A stretch of 64,000 nucleotides of DNA from Nitrospirales bacterium (GCA_963422365.1 OY729426.1:416001-480000); one strand, 5' to 3'. Counted from the stretch's first letter, positions 49,705 to 60,730 are shown. Notes: a model not told the origin generated them from the letters alone. Numbers and translations are program-made.

Positions 49705-49861
49705 AGATTAAACCGTACGACACGCTGTATTCACAGGAGGTCTAAGCATTCCATTTTCGTTACATTCGTGACCTGAGCGAATTCACGCCATCCGTTGAGT
49801 TCAAAACCTCACCGTTTGACAACTCCACGAGCCAATCCTAAGATACGGACAGAGCCTCACG

Positions 49862-51790
49862 ATGCGAATTTTTCGAAGATTTAACAACCTTCCGATTGAG
49901 AAAAAGCTCCTTCTCGCCTCGGTTATTCCTATTCTCACGCTCGGTGTCCTCAGCATCGTCACCTTTAATAGTGTTCAAACCTTTTCTCAAGATGAAGACC
50001 GGCTCAACCAAGTGTATCATATTCAAACTACTGCCGCCGACTACTTGCGACTGATTGTCGATTTAGAGACCGGCTTCCGCGGATTCGTCTTAACTCTCCA
50101 ACCAAAATTTCTGAATCCCTATCATGCAGCGAAACAGCGCGTGTTACAGGTTGGACGGACCCTTGCCCAAATGGTGGAACACGATAACAAACAACACGCT
50201 GAAATCTTGCAAGCGCAATCCCTGGTTCAAACGTTACTGAAAGATAAGGATCGTTTGATTGAACAAGCGAAGCTAGGCCATTCGGATCAAGCGCTTCAGT
50301 ACATCGAATCCGGGGCAGGACGGGGGCTGATGTTGAACATTCGAGAACAAATTGCTCGTTTTGATAAGCGGGAAGGCGATGTCTTACGACAGACCTTGGA
50401 ACGAGCATCGCATGACCGGGGCTTTCTTTTGAGTGTGATTGTGGGTGGAGGATCGCTGGCTCTTATCCCCATGGTGTTTGTTCTACGTCTTTTAGCGCAA
50501 TCGATTGCCGGTCCCTTGGTCACTCTGGCCAAATCTGTTGAAAACCGACCAGGCGGGACTGTCCCGGACGTCCCGATCTTAGACCGAGGAGATGAAATCG
50601 GTGACTTGACCAGAGTCATGCACGAGATGAGTCAGCAAATTCGAGAATTCATTGGTCAAATCCAAAAATCGGAAGCTGAGTTGCGCAACCTGAATATGGA
50701 CCTGTCGAATTCAGAATCCAAATATCGGGGAATTGTGGACCACGCCCCCTTTGGTATTTTTACCGCCAAGGACGGCCGAATTATTTTTTGTAATCGCCAT
50801 AATTGGATTCTGGCCGGACAAGATCCAGACGATCCCTTGGACCCGGAATGTATCTGGGATGCCATTCACCCCGGTGACCGCAACCAAGTGTATGGGTCGT
50901 TCTCGAAGGCGACGGGGCAACAGGTTCCCTTTGAAAATGTCTTTCGTTTTGTTCATCCCGATGGGACCACGCATAAGGTCCTGAGCCGCGCAATCCCCAT
51001 TAAAAATGGACAAGGGGGCGGTTCGCTGTATCAAGGCTTTAATGTTGACATCACCGCTTTTGAACAAATGAAGGAAACACTCAGCCGGACGGAACGCCTC
51101 GCCACCTTGGGACAGGTAGCAGCAGGCATCGCGCATGAAATTCGAAATCCCCTTGTTGGCATCGGCTCAACGACTTCGTTACTCATGGAAGATTTTCCGA
51201 ATGAAGACCCCAAACGACAGGACCTGCAAACGATCCTCAAAGAAACCCGCCGGCTGGACCGGATCGTGACTCAGATTGTCGAATACGCCAGACCTCGTGA
51301 CATCGTCCCAGGGTCATTTGAGATGGCCGCGCTTGTTGAAGAAACCTTGGACCTCTTACGGCATCCTGTCGACCAGAAACACCTCAACGTGACCGCGACC
51401 TTTTCCCCGGAACTTCCTGCACTCGAAGCCGATCGTGATCAGGTCAAGCAAGTGGTGCTCAACGCGATTCAAAATTCCATCGAGGTCTTAGGAGAGAACG
51501 GGACAATTCGGGTCGAAGCCCGAGAGGAATTACGAGACGGGTACAGAGGGCTGCTCACCACCATTCATGACAATGGGAAAGGAATCAGCCCGGAGGATCT
51601 CCCGAAAATTTTTGATCCCTTTTTTACGATGGGGAAAAGACGAGGTACAGGGTTGGGGTTAGCCATCTGCCGAAATATCATTGAAGCTCATGGGGGAAGC
51701 ATCCGGGCTGAGAGTCAAGTGGGGGTTGGAACCGTCATGTCCATCTGGCTTCCGTTAACCCTTCAACAACAACCCGCAACCGTGGCCTAA
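49862..51790 (+). CDS. Sensor histidine kinase (CHASE3-HAMP-PAS-HisKA-HATPase)
   Basis: 'DLETGFRGF' (CHASE3), 'DEIGDL' (HAMP), 'AIHPGDR' (PAS), 'AHEIRNPL', 'DNGKGI' and 'GTGLGL'. Confidence 0.95.
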   Translation: MRIFRRFNNLPIEKKLLLASVIPILTLGVLSIVTFNSVQTFSQDEDRLNQVYHIQTTAADYLRLIVDLETGFRGFVLTLQPKFLNPYHAAKQRVLQVGRTLAQMVEHDNKQHAEILQAQSLVQTLLKDKDRLIEQAKLGHSDQALQYIESGAGRGLMLNIREQIARFDKREGDVLRQTLERASHDRGFLLSVIVGGGSLALIPMVFVLRLLAQSIAGPLVTLAKSVENRPGGTVPDVPILDRGDEIGDLTRVMHEMSQQIREFIGQIQKSEAELRNLNMDLSNSESKYRGIVDHAPFGIFTAKDGRIIFCNRHNWILAGQDPDDPLDPECIWDAIHPGDRNQVYGSFSKATGQQVPFENVFRFVHPDGTTHKVLSRAIPIKNGQGGGSLYQGFNVDITAFEQMKETLSRTERLATLGQVAAGIAHEIRNPLVGIGSTTSLLMEDFPNEDPKRQDLQTILKETRRLDRIVTQIVEYARPRDIVPGSFEMAALVEETLDLLRHPVDQKHLNVTATFSPELPALEADRDQVKQVVLNAIQNSIEVLGENGTIRVEAREELRDGYRGLLTTIHDNGKGISPEDLPKIFDPFFTMGKRRGTGLGLAICRNIIEAHGGSIRAESQVGVGTVMSIWLPLTLQQQPATVA

Positions 51791-51792
51791 AC

Positions 51793-53187
51793 ATGCGAGC
51801 ATCGATTTTTGTCACCGATGATGATGAAGTCGTTCGATCGTCGATCACCCGCCGATTAACGCGCGACCAGCACGACGTTCGCAGCTTTGACTCTGGAGAA
51901 GCTCTTCTCGAGGGATTGGACCACGATATTCCCGACATGATCCTTCTCGATCTGAAAATGTCAGGCATGACCGGCATCGAGACACTCAAACATATTCGGC
52001 CCAAAGCCCCGCAAACGCTCGTCATCCTTTTGACCGCCTACGGGACCATTGAAGATGCCGTCGAAGCCATGCGATTAGGGGCCTACGACTTTTTGATCAA
52101 AAGCGTTGATCTTTCCGGTGTCGGTCCGGTTGTCGAACGAGCGATTGACTACTTGACCCTCCGTCGCCGGGTCAGTTTTGAAAGCCAAGACCGTGCCGGT
52201 CGATATGCACTCAAGGATCTCATCGCCAACAGCCCCGGCATGCGAGGGCTGGTCGCTCAGGTTCAAGAATTGAGCCAAAACGCGAAAACCACTGTCCTTC
52301 TCCAAGGTGAAACCGGAACAGGCAAGGAATTCATTGCCCGCGTCCTTCATCACAATGGGCCACGACAGGATGCGCCCTTTGTCGGCGTGAATTGCACGGC
52401 CATTCCCCAGGAATTATTTGAAAGCGAACTGTTTGGTTACGAACGAGGTGCGTTTACCGGAGCCGCTCAGCGAAAGCCTGGGCTCTGTGAACAAGCTGAA
52501 GGGGGGACGCTGTTTTTAGATGAAATCGGCGATCTTAATCATTCAATGCAAGCCAAGCTGCTTCGCGTCCTTCAGGAACGCTCCTTCAAACGGCTGGGGG
52601 GGCAAGAAGACATTACGGTGGATTTCAGGCTGATTGCCGCGACGCATCGAGAGTTGAAAAAGGAAGTGAGCCAAGGAGCTTTTCGGGAAGATTTATTTTT
52701 TCGGCTCAACGTCGTGTCTTTGGACCTTCCGCCACTGCGAAAACGCGTTGAAGATATTTATCCCCTGAGTCTTCACTGCTTGTTTCATCATAGCCGGGAT
52801 ATCAATAAAGACATTGGCGAGATCGACACGGGTGCCCGAGCACTTCTTGAGCGCTACGCGTACCCAGGCAACATTCGTGAGCTAGAAAACATCATCGAAC
52901 GAGCCGTGATCTTTTGTCATGGAAAAACGTTAACATCTGGGGACTTGCCCCGGGAACTCCATGGGGAAACAAAAAAAGTCATTTCATCCACCACTCAAAA
53001 CGACGAACCGATTCTCAGGTTGGAGATGGCGTTAGGGCAGCAAACATTGGCGGAAACTGAATTCACGATCATTGAGGAAGTAATGAAACTCTGTGGACAG
53101 AATAAAACGTTAGCCGCTCAAAAATTAGGACTCACTCGGTTTGCGCTGGACCGACGCTTGAAAAAAATCTCTGATGAATCGGAATAG
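51793..53187 (+). CDS. Sigma54-dependent NtrC/AtoC-family response regulator
   Basis: Receiver 'DDD..LLDLKM', Walker A 'GETGTGKE', 'ESELFG..GAFTGA', 'LFLDEIG', 'PGNIREL' and a Fis-type HTH. Confidence 0.96.
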   Translation: MRASIFVTDDDEVVRSSITRRLTRDQHDVRSFDSGEALLEGLDHDIPDMILLDLKMSGMTGIETLKHIRPKAPQTLVILLTAYGTIEDAVEAMRLGAYDFLIKSVDLSGVGPVVERAIDYLTLRRRVSFESQDRAGRYALKDLIANSPGMRGLVAQVQELSQNAKTTVLLQGETGTGKEFIARVLHHNGPRQDAPFVGVNCTAIPQELFESELFGYERGAFTGAAQRKPGLCEQAEGGTLFLDEIGDLNHSMQAKLLRVLQERSFKRLGGQEDITVDFRLIAATHRELKKEVSQGAFREDLFFRLNVVSLDLPPLRKRVEDIYPLSLHCLFHHSRDINKDIGEIDTGARALLERYAYPGNIRELENIIERAVIFCHGKTLTSGDLPRELHGETKKVISSTTQNDEPILRLEMALGQQTLAETEFTIIEEVMKLCGQNKTLAAQKLGLTRFALDRRLKKISDESE

Positions 53188-53688
53188 CCTGAGGCTGGTC
53201 CAGCACAAAACTGTTTGGAGAGCTTCCATTCGTGATCCAGGCCTCTCCCAGAAATGCATCACGCCACACCCGTCGATCAAATGGACCCCACGACCAACAT
53301 CTATCAAATTGCCGGACTCGATCATTTGGGCCGAGGGTTTAATCGACGGGTCGAAATGAAAGTCATGCCTGAAACGGTTCAGGCCATTTTCCGGTATGAA
53401 CACTTTCTTCTGGAACCTGAGGCACAAGGCACCGAACGCGCCGCCGTCGCCATCCTCATCAGCCAATTACAGGACCGGGGCTACACCCAACTTCGCAGCC
53501 GTCTCCAATTTCGAGGAGAGGCGTATTTAGGCAATCAAGAACTGTGGGAAGAACACCTAGAGCCTGAGCCACGGGGAATACTGGCTCGACTGTTGCAGAC
53601 AATCCGAAGCACGTTCCACGGAGAAGACCACTGTCAAGTCTCTTCCTGCCGACGATTTCCAGAAAATTCCAAAAGTGGACGACCGTGA
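53174..53688 (+). CDS. Hypothetical protein, probably one gene with a 1-nt frameshift near 53262
   Basis: ORF 53174 overlaps the regulator's stop, and ORF 53254-53688 continues in another frame. The total length is one base short of a multiple of three. Confidence 0.45.
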
Positions 53689-53728
53689 GGTTGAAAGGGG
53701 TTGAGATAACACAGGCGGAGACAAGATA

Positions 53729-55141
53729 GTGGCAGAAGAAAATATGAAAATTTCTATTAAAAACTTCGGTCCTATTGCAGAGGCACAAGACATTGATCTC
53801 TGTCCTTTGACCGTTTTTGTCGGTCCAAGCAATACGGGGAAATCTTACCTCGCCGTGCTCATTTATGCTTTGTTTGAATCCTTTCAGACTAGAGAATATC
53901 TCCCTTTTCACCACAGAAGAAGAAAGAAGCACGAAGACATGCGTCTATCCGACTTTGGCAAAGCAATTTCGGCTGAAGTCAATGACTTCTTAACCCGATT
54001 AACCAAGGAGGGAATAAAAATAACAAACTTTCTTGATTTACCTGAAAAGTTGCAAAAGTTGGTCAAGGAAGAAATGGGACGAGAGCTTGCTCAAATGTTT
54101 TATCAAGAACTTCCTCGTTGTATGGGAACTTCCACAAAGGAAAATCAATTAATAACTGATAAATTCTTTTTGCATTTTGAAGACAATAAAAAAAGCTTCA
54201 AATTAAGTTCTTTAAATAAAAATGCCACTATGGAAATCAAGAATTTCCGTTTTGAGAAGGGGTATTTTCGCAGGTTTATGTCCCTTTCAAACGATATGCC
54301 AAACGAGATAAGAGCAGAGATATTTCTTGACAGTGTACTAGGAGAACTTGCCGGTTATTCCGATTACGTCTCGAAATCTTTCTATCTGCCTGCGGCAAGA
54401 ACTGGCATCATGCAAAGCCATCAGGCCATAGTCGGAGCACTGGTAAAACGAACTCCCTTTGCAGGATTAGAAGCTGTTTCTGTCCCTACCCTCAGTGGGA
54501 TAGTCTCTGATTTTCTACAGGAACTTATCAGTATGGACACAAGTCAAAAAAAGGGAAATACTATCTCTAACATAGCAGATGATATGGAAGAAAAGATTTT
54601 GAAAGGTTCCATTAAGACAAAACCTTTCGAAGCCATTCAATACCCACAGTTTTTATATAAGCAGAACGGACTGGAAGTCCCATTACTTTGTTCCTCATCA
54701 ATGGTCTCTGAGCTTGCTCCCGTTGTTCTTTTTATTAGACACAGAGTAGGGAAAGGCGATTTGTTGATTATTGAGGAACCTGAAGCACATCTACACCCTG
54801 AAGCTCAAAGAAACATTGCAGAAGTCGTTGTTCATCTGGTCCGTGCAGGTGTTCGGGTTATGGTAACAACGCACAGTGATTATTTTCTGGACCAACTCGC
54901 AAATCATGTTCGCTTGTCAAAATTGACGAAATCTAAACGGAGTAAATTGACTGACCGTCAGAATGCATGTTTACAAGAGGACGAAATTGGTGCCTATGTG
55001 TTTAGACGGCAAGAGGGAGGAACAATCGTTGAAAAATTGCATTTTGACCGGGAAAACGGTTTGTCCCCAGAAGACCACGATACGGTATCTTCAGATTTGT
55101 ATAACGAAACCGTTGGGATTCTGGAACAATTTGATCCATAG
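53729..55141 (+). CDS. ABC-type ATPase (AAA_15/AAA_21, OLD/AbiEii-like)
   Basis: 'IKNFGPI', Walker A 'GPSNTGKS', 'YLPAARTG', signature-like 'SSSMVSEL', Walker B 'LIIEEPEAHLHP' and H-loop 'TTHS'. AT-rich. Confidence 0.9.
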   Translation: MAEENMKISIKNFGPIAEAQDIDLCPLTVFVGPSNTGKSYLAVLIYALFESFQTREYLPFHHRRRKKHEDMRLSDFGKAISAEVNDFLTRLTKEGIKITNFLDLPEKLQKLVKEEMGRELAQMFYQELPRCMGTSTKENQLITDKFFLHFEDNKKSFKLSSLNKNATMEIKNFRFEKGYFRRFMSLSNDMPNEIRAEIFLDSVLGELAGYSDYVSKSFYLPAARTGIMQSHQAIVGALVKRTPFAGLEAVSVPTLSGIVSDFLQELISMDTSQKKGNTISNIADDMEEKILKGSIKTKPFEAIQYPQFLYKQNGLEVPLLCSSSMVSELAPVVLFIRHRVGKGDLLIIEEPEAHLHPEAQRNIAEVVVHLVRAGVRVMVTTHSDYFLDQLANHVRLSKLTKSKRSKLTDRQNACLQEDEIGAYVFRRQEGGTIVEKLHFDRENGLSPEDHDTVSSDLYNETVGILEQFDP

Positions 55142-55153
55142 AATCGACAAAGA

Positions 55154-55627
55154 ATGAGTTTTATTGTCCAAACGCTAAAAAATACATTCGGTCAATGTAT
55201 CCGTAACTCTTGCAAAGATCCACATTGCACACTCAATTTGAGTGCCTTTCCAAATAAAAAGATCATTTTGGATATCGATTGCATTGCAGAACAAAGACCA
55301 TCCCACGTTCAAGGCAAAAGATGCGACTACGTAATTGTAGTCGAGGAAGGTGGCGTTATATTTCTTCTCCCCGTTGAGTTTAAGACTACTCGGGTGATTC
55401 CAGATGAGGTAAAGAAACAGTTGGAAGGTGGGATTAGGTTTTTTAAGAAGCACCACCAAAATCAATTCAACTGTTATCCGGTATTGGTCTCTAAAAGTCT
55501 CGGACGCCCAATCAGTAGAAAGCTTCAGCAAGTTTCAATAAGTTATAACGGGAAAAAAGCAAGAATTAAGCACGTTTTATGCAATCGCTCGTTGTCATGG
55601 AATAAAATAAGTGGTTGTTCTAGCTAA
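55154..55627 (+). CDS. Small putative PD-(D/E)xK nuclease-like protein
   Basis: 'KRCDYVIV...LPVEFK...KQL'. Starts 12 bp after the ATPase. AT-rich. Confidence 0.6.
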   Translation: MSFIVQTLKNTFGQCIRNSCKDPHCTLNLSAFPNKKIILDIDCIAEQRPSHVQGKRCDYVIVVEEGGVIFLLPVEFKTTRVIPDEVKKQLEGGIRFFKKHHQNQFNCYPVLVSKSLGRPISRKLQQVSISYNGKKARIKHVLCNRSLSWNKISGCSS

Positions 55628-55895
55628 GGGGTACGATTTGATCCATAACGCTGTGGACGACAAGGGGCAACCGGTCTGCGCGGGTGTTCAAGAATTCCCG
55701 AGGCCAAAGCCCGTGGGGTTGTGCGGATTCCAAGCCTGTCGTTCAAGCATCCAGAGTCTGCGTTTGCTGAGAAAAGTAGACTTGCGGTCTGGCGTCTTTT
55801 GTACCAATCGGGGGTGGGGTGGCCAAACTCATTCGTTGCCCTCCTGAAGCTACCCGAACAATCCGTCGGTTTTGAGCCTCCACACGTCGAACGGC

Positions 55896-56933
55896 TCACG
55901 CCTTTCTTAATCGACTGATACGATCCAGCACCTTCTTGCGGGTTGCATGGTAGTCTTTTTTGCCTTCGGTCAAGGTCAGAAACGTCCGGTAATGCTTGAC
56001 GGCGACATACCTGTTTCCCCGCACTTCGAGAGAATACGCCAAGTTCAGTTGAACCTCGGGGAGCTTGGGAGCCAATAACTCCGCTTGCCGAAGGGAATCC
56101 AATGCTTCGACGAATCGGCCCTGTTGTTGACTCACCAAGGCACGTTGCACCCACAATTGCGGCACCGTGGCATCCCGGGCCAGCCCTTCCACCAACGAGG
56201 CCCGAGCCTTCTCCCATTGGCCTAACCCCAATTGTGCCGTTCCCAACCAAAACCAAGGCTCCCAGGGTTCTGGAGGCTTGACAAACAGGGGCTGCAGGAC
56301 GGTCATGGCGCGTGCATATCGCCGGTTCTTAATGAAATATTGTGCGCGGGCTAACTTGCCTTGAAGGGAAGTGGCATTCCGAAGAAGTGGAGGAACACGG
56401 GTTTTCTGTTGACTGGATGACGCCGCATTGGCGTTGTCCATCGGTGGCGGGGCCGCTCTTGACGGAACACCAGGAGAGGAACGCGGGTTCCGAGCCAGTG
56501 CACGCTTGGCAATCGATGGGTTCGCCTCTGCCGACGGATTGGGGATTGTGGCCGAAGCCGCCTCCTTCGGCTTAGAAATGTCACTTGCCCCGACCAAAGT
56601 CGCTGCGAAAAACTCTTTCCGTTTTTCGGAAATCGACTCAACGATCTGAGACGGAACGTGTTCCACGGAACTCAATTCCTTCACCGCCTCATGCTCCGGG
56701 CTCACCTTGTCTGGATCTGTAATAAGGGGCAGCCCCCAGAGATAGGCCGCAATCCCAATACCCCCAAGTACGACCATGATGGATGACAGACGAAACCTCT
56801 GAGGCGGACGAAAATCTGGTTCCGGGGAATCGGCGGCTTCCGCACTCTCTGGCGCCACCGAACCCTTGGATTGCCGTGCGCGTCGAGCCCGTTCGGCCTG
56901 CAACCGGTTCAGCGCATCGGTGATAATACTCAT
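55896..56933 (-). CDS. Membrane-anchored TPR protein (MshN/GspB-like)
   Basis: N-terminus 'MSIITDALNRL', one TM, a P/A/S-rich linker and C-terminal TPRs. Confidence 0.75.
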   Translation of the reverse strand: MSIITDALNRLQAERARRARQSKGSVAPESAEAADSPEPDFRPPQRFRLSSIMVVLGGIGIAAYLWGLPLITDPDKVSPEHEAVKELSSVEHVPSQIVESISEKRKEFFAATLVGASDISKPKEAASATIPNPSAEANPSIAKRALARNPRSSPGVPSRAAPPPMDNANAASSSQQKTRVPPLLRNATSLQGKLARAQYFIKNRRYARAMTVLQPLFVKPPEPWEPWFWLGTAQLGLGQWEKARASLVEGLARDATVPQLWVQRALVSQQQGRFVEALDSLRQAELLAPKLPEVQLNLAYSLEVRGNRYVAVKHYRTFLTLTEGKKDYHATRKKVLDRISRLRKA

Positions 56934-57002
56934 GGCTCGTCGTTCGTCTTTCTTCTTCTGTCGTTGTTTTCTTTTCGGAAAAGACGTGTGTGTCTTGACG
57001 CC

Positions 57003-57836
57003 TTACGTCAGGCCGGTGATTTCCCGTCTTGCACGCAGGACCATGCGGAGGCTGACCTCGAATCGGCGGCTGGCATAGGCCGCAAGAAGGGAACGATGGC
57101 AAATCTGGTTAATCCGACGAGGCACCCCTCCGCTCAGGTAGTGCGTGAGCATCATGACGCTGGGAGGAAATTGAAACCGGGTCCGTGGGCCTGCGACCCG
57201 CAGGCGATACTGGATATACTGCAGGGTTTCTCGACAATCGAACGGCTTCAATCGAAATCGAATGCTGATGCGTTGCGACAGGGGGCGAAGCACTCGATGA
57301 GACAACGTACGATCGAGTTCGGGTTGTCCCACAAACAACAGGCACATGAGTTTTTCTTTTTCAGTATCCAGGTTTGATAACAGCCTGAGTCCTTCCAACA
57401 CTTTCCCGCTCAACCGATGCGCCTCGTCAACCAAGACCGCCACACGTTCACCCTGTTCGGCCAATCGCAGTAACGCGTGTGACAATGTCCGTTGCAGCGC
57501 CCCAATGCTGCGATCGTCCGGGACCTGCCCGGTGAGGTCCTGGTAAATCGAACTCAGAAGATCCACGTACGATTGATCGGGATTCAAGAGGTAGGCAAAT
57601 CGCACGCCTGTCGGCGGATGCCGCAACAGGTACCGACACACAAGGGTTTTCCCTACCCCGACTTCACCGGTCAACATCGTTAACTCACCACTGGCGATAC
57701 CAAATTGCAAATGCTCCAATGCGTGCAGATGCTGCTGCGCGCGGAAAAAGTAGTCGGTATCCGGCGTGATCTGAAACGGGGCTTCGGTAAAGCCCAGTTG
57801 TTTGTAGCACACATTCAGATCGAGTCTGTCCATCAC
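57003..57836 (-). CDS. ExeA/MshM-family AAA ATPase
   Basis: 'PFQITPD', 'GEVGVGKT', 'VDEAH', 'LRLLSN', 'GQPEL' and 'GVPRRINQIC'. Confidence 0.9.
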   Translation of the reverse strand: MMDRLDLNVCYKQLGFTEAPFQITPDTDYFFRAQQHLHALEHLQFGIASGELTMLTGEVGVGKTLVCRYLLRHPPTGVRFAYLLNPDQSYVDLLSSIYQDLTGQVPDDRSIGALQRTLSHALLRLAEQGERVAVLVDEAHRLSGKVLEGLRLLSNLDTEKEKLMCLLFVGQPELDRTLSHRVLRPLSQRISIRFRLKPFDCRETLQYIQYRLRVAGPRTRFQFPPSVMMLTHYLSGGVPRRINQICHRSLLAAYASRRFEVSLRMVLRARREITGLT

Positions 57837-59449
57837 GTCGCCTTCAGGATACGAGGCATGAGGAAGATGACGTGTTCGGTTTTTCTCTCGGCCTGATAGG
57901 TGCCTCTAAAGAGCCAACCAACCACGGGAATATCTCCCAGCAACGGCACCTTCCGTTCGGTATTCGTGAGTTGCTCTTGGATAAGCCCGCCGATAATCAC
58001 CATCTGTCCATCACGGACGCGGACCAGCCCGCCGGACTGTTTCACATCCAAAATCGGGGCGGTGGACCCATTGGCTGACTGCACGATATTGGTCAACCTG
58101 GTGATAATGGGCGACACATCCATCATGATCCACCCGTCTTGGGAAATCTGCGGAGTCACCGAGAGGACGAGACCCGAAGTCACAGTCCGCACTTGCTCCG
58201 TAATAATGTTTCCAGCCCCTGCCGTCCCTTGTGTCGTGGTTGAGGTAAAAAAGGATTGATCGGTCCCTACCTTAATCAACGCCGGTTGGTTATTCAGTGT
58301 CAGAATCCGAGGCTGGGACACCACCTGCACGTCACCCTGCTCCTGCAAGGCTTTGATCACACCTTCAAAATCGCCGTCATTAAAAGTAAAGGCCGCAGTA
58401 GCCGCTTGCGCGACAAAGCCACCGGCCGGCGCCGTGATGATGTTGGCAAGCTTAAAACTGCCCTTGAAGGCGCTGAGATCAATTCGACTCCAATCCAATC
58501 CTAGACTGTAATCGTCCCGGAGCGCGACTTCATAGATTCTGGCTTGGATCTCAACCTGCCGATAGAGTGAATGGCGGACATTGGCCAGAAACGCCGCAAC
58601 CTCTTCAACCCGCCGATGTAGATCCGTGACTTGAATGGTGCCGGACAAACGATTCACCACGAAGCGCCCTTCGGTCGAGAGGAGCGTGTTAAGCTGTGTT
58701 TCAATCTCTTCCCAAAACTTAATGTGGTCCTGTTGGCTCAATGTCACTTCACCCGCATCCTGCCCCCCGCTTCTCCCGGACCCGGACGTGACTTGTGCTT
58801 TATTGCGTCCCTCACCGGAACGTTCCAGACGAATGTAATCCATCGTGAAGATTCGTGTTTTCAGCCAACGCACGACAATCAGTTCTCCATCTTTTTCCCA
58901 ATAGTACCCCTGCGTATCCAACAGCGCAGCCATGGCTTTTCCCAGATCAAGGCCCTGAAAGTCGACCGTCACAACGCCTTCGACCCCTGGCTCCACAACA
59001 ATATTAAGGGTATTCGCCCGCGAGAACAGGCGTAAGGCATCCACCAACGGCATTTCCCGCGCTCGAAAACTAAAAACCCGGGCAGGCTTGGCGTCGGGAA
59101 AGGAGAGCCCTGAAGGGATTCCCAGCGACATTCGATCTTCAACAGAAAACGGCTGGTCTACGTTTGATGCAGGACTTTCCCGGGAGGCCATCTCCGTAGA
59201 ACGAGCATCAGGCTGAAGCTCCGGTGGCTTGGGGAATTCACTCTGAAGTCGCCCCGTCGACTTTGGGGCAGGGGGGAATAGGGGAACGGTCGTGCAACTG
59301 CCCACCATGAAGGCCAAGAGCACACTCAGCACAATGACCCCATACAATGGTCGCAGCGCCCCATCTTGCATCCGGTCACAAGAAAGACTGCGTGACGCTC
59401 TCATCAGCACGTGGAGGGCTGGAACTTTCATGATTCCTGGAATCTTCAC
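57833..59449 (-). CDS. MshL-like secretin (type IV pilus/T2SS outer-membrane channel); start uncertain
   Basis: Lipobox-like 'VGSC', STN domain, 'QVEIQARIYEV', 'SQPRILTLNNQPA', 'GLVLSVTPQI' and 'KVPLLGDIPVVGWLF'. Confidence 0.9.
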   Translation of the reverse strand: MKIPGIMKVPALHVLMRASRSLSCDRMQDGALRPLYGVIVLSVLLAFMVGSCTTVPLFPPAPKSTGRLQSEFPKPPELQPDARSTEMASRESPASNVDQPFSVEDRMSLGIPSGLSFPDAKPARVFSFRAREMPLVDALRLFSRANTLNIVVEPGVEGVVTVDFQGLDLGKAMAALLDTQGYYWEKDGELIVVRWLKTRIFTMDYIRLERSGEGRNKAQVTSGSGRSGGQDAGEVTLSQQDHIKFWEEIETQLNTLLSTEGRFVVNRLSGTIQVTDLHRRVEEVAAFLANVRHSLYRQVEIQARIYEVALRDDYSLGLDWSRIDLSAFKGSFKLANIITAPAGGFVAQAATAAFTFNDGDFEGVIKALQEQGDVQVVSQPRILTLNNQPALIKVGTDQSFFTSTTTQGTAGAGNIITEQVRTVTSGLVLSVTPQISQDGWIMMDVSPIITRLTNIVQSANGSTAPILDVKQSGGLVRVRDGQMVIIGGLIQEQLTNTERKVPLLGDIPVVGWLFRGTYQAERKTEHVIFLMPRILKAT

Positions 59450-59699
59450 CGTTCTTTACCCTAGGGTGGTGCACTAATACACTCCTAATGTCACTCGTTT
59501 GTCAACCCGTCTGTGCTGCTGCACCATCGGCTCGGCGTGCAAGCGGACCGACGGCATAGGCTGGAAAGGCTCGCAAAAACTCTTCCGCAGAATCGGAGAT
59601 TTCGTTAAGAATGACCGTGCGAAGGCGGCGAGTTCCAAGATGCATGCACGACATACCCAATGAGGCCAAGACCCATGACAAAGACGACGCCTCCCATTG

Positions 59700-60730
59700 C
59701 CATGGCACACCCGTCAAGGCTCAGTTGCGTCGCGGCAGAGTGCTTTCGCTAACCAAGATTGGCAAACCGCGTCTCGGAACACGACCATCAGACACACGGT
59801 GACCAGTACACTCACAATACCGGCCAAAGCCATTCCCCGCATATGGGGAATCATCAACACCGCATTTAGTAACACGAGACTGAGTAATCCAAAAGTGAGT
59901 CCTACGAAAAACGCAAGAGAACCCAGGTTCTGCCCGCTTATGAGTTCGGCCCGAACCCCATACGGTAGAGACCATAAGAGCCACGGTCCAACCACGGTTT
60001 GAGGTAACGTGCCAGCCAAGGGCCAGGCCACCCCATACTTGGTCACCCACTCCTGTCGGTTCATCTCCCTGAGAGTCTAGACGTCTAGAGCCCGAACCCA
60101 GGTACAACCCATAGCACATCAGAAAGATTCCCATCCCTGCCACAGCTGCTAAGACCAGATGCCCATACCGTGGGAGTAGGGAAGGAAGAGAAAGTCCTCC
60201 TCGCAACCCACTAGCTTGAATGTCTTTCCAGTACTCCGGATTCAGCATCAAGATGCCGACCATCACAAAGATCCATGCCACGCCTCCAAAAAGAACGACA
60301 TTGACACTTCCAAGTGCGAGATGAAGGCCCCCGGACGGCCACCCAACCACACTCTCCAATATTTAGAGGCATACAACCCATAATACCCAATAAGGATGGC
60401 ACCAAGGACCACGATCCACATATTGCCGAGGAGGATGGCGGGATACAACACGGGGCCGTATACCGCTTGGACAAACAGGAGGGACGCGACACCTAAGACC
60501 ACGGCGGAAACCAGAAACGAAGGCAACATATTGGCCAATGCCGTACATACCCGTCGGTAGCGTTAGCGACCAGTCCTGTATCCCAGCCAATCAGTTACCA
60601 CCATAATGGGGGTGCCATCGAGAACGAGATTCATGAAGAGGGCATGAAGTAAAAACCCGACCAACGGGAATCCCTGCAAGATGGGCTCTGGGCCAGGCAA
60701 GGCTAAAGGATCGGCAGTGGGAATGTGCAG
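59700..60730 (-). pseudogene. Degraded polytopic membrane protein gene (cytochrome-c-associated / bd-oxidase subunit I-like family)
   Basis: Fragments 'IPTADPLALPGP..LLHALFMNLVLDG', an in-frame stop, 'LGVASLLFVQAVYG' and 'PRYGHLVLAAVA' are spread over several frames. Confidence 0.6.

Noticed and set aside
55624..56256. 210-aa minus-strand ORF overlapping the TPR gene
   Set aside because: It is an alternative-frame shadow of the real gene, with low-complexity G/S/R composition.
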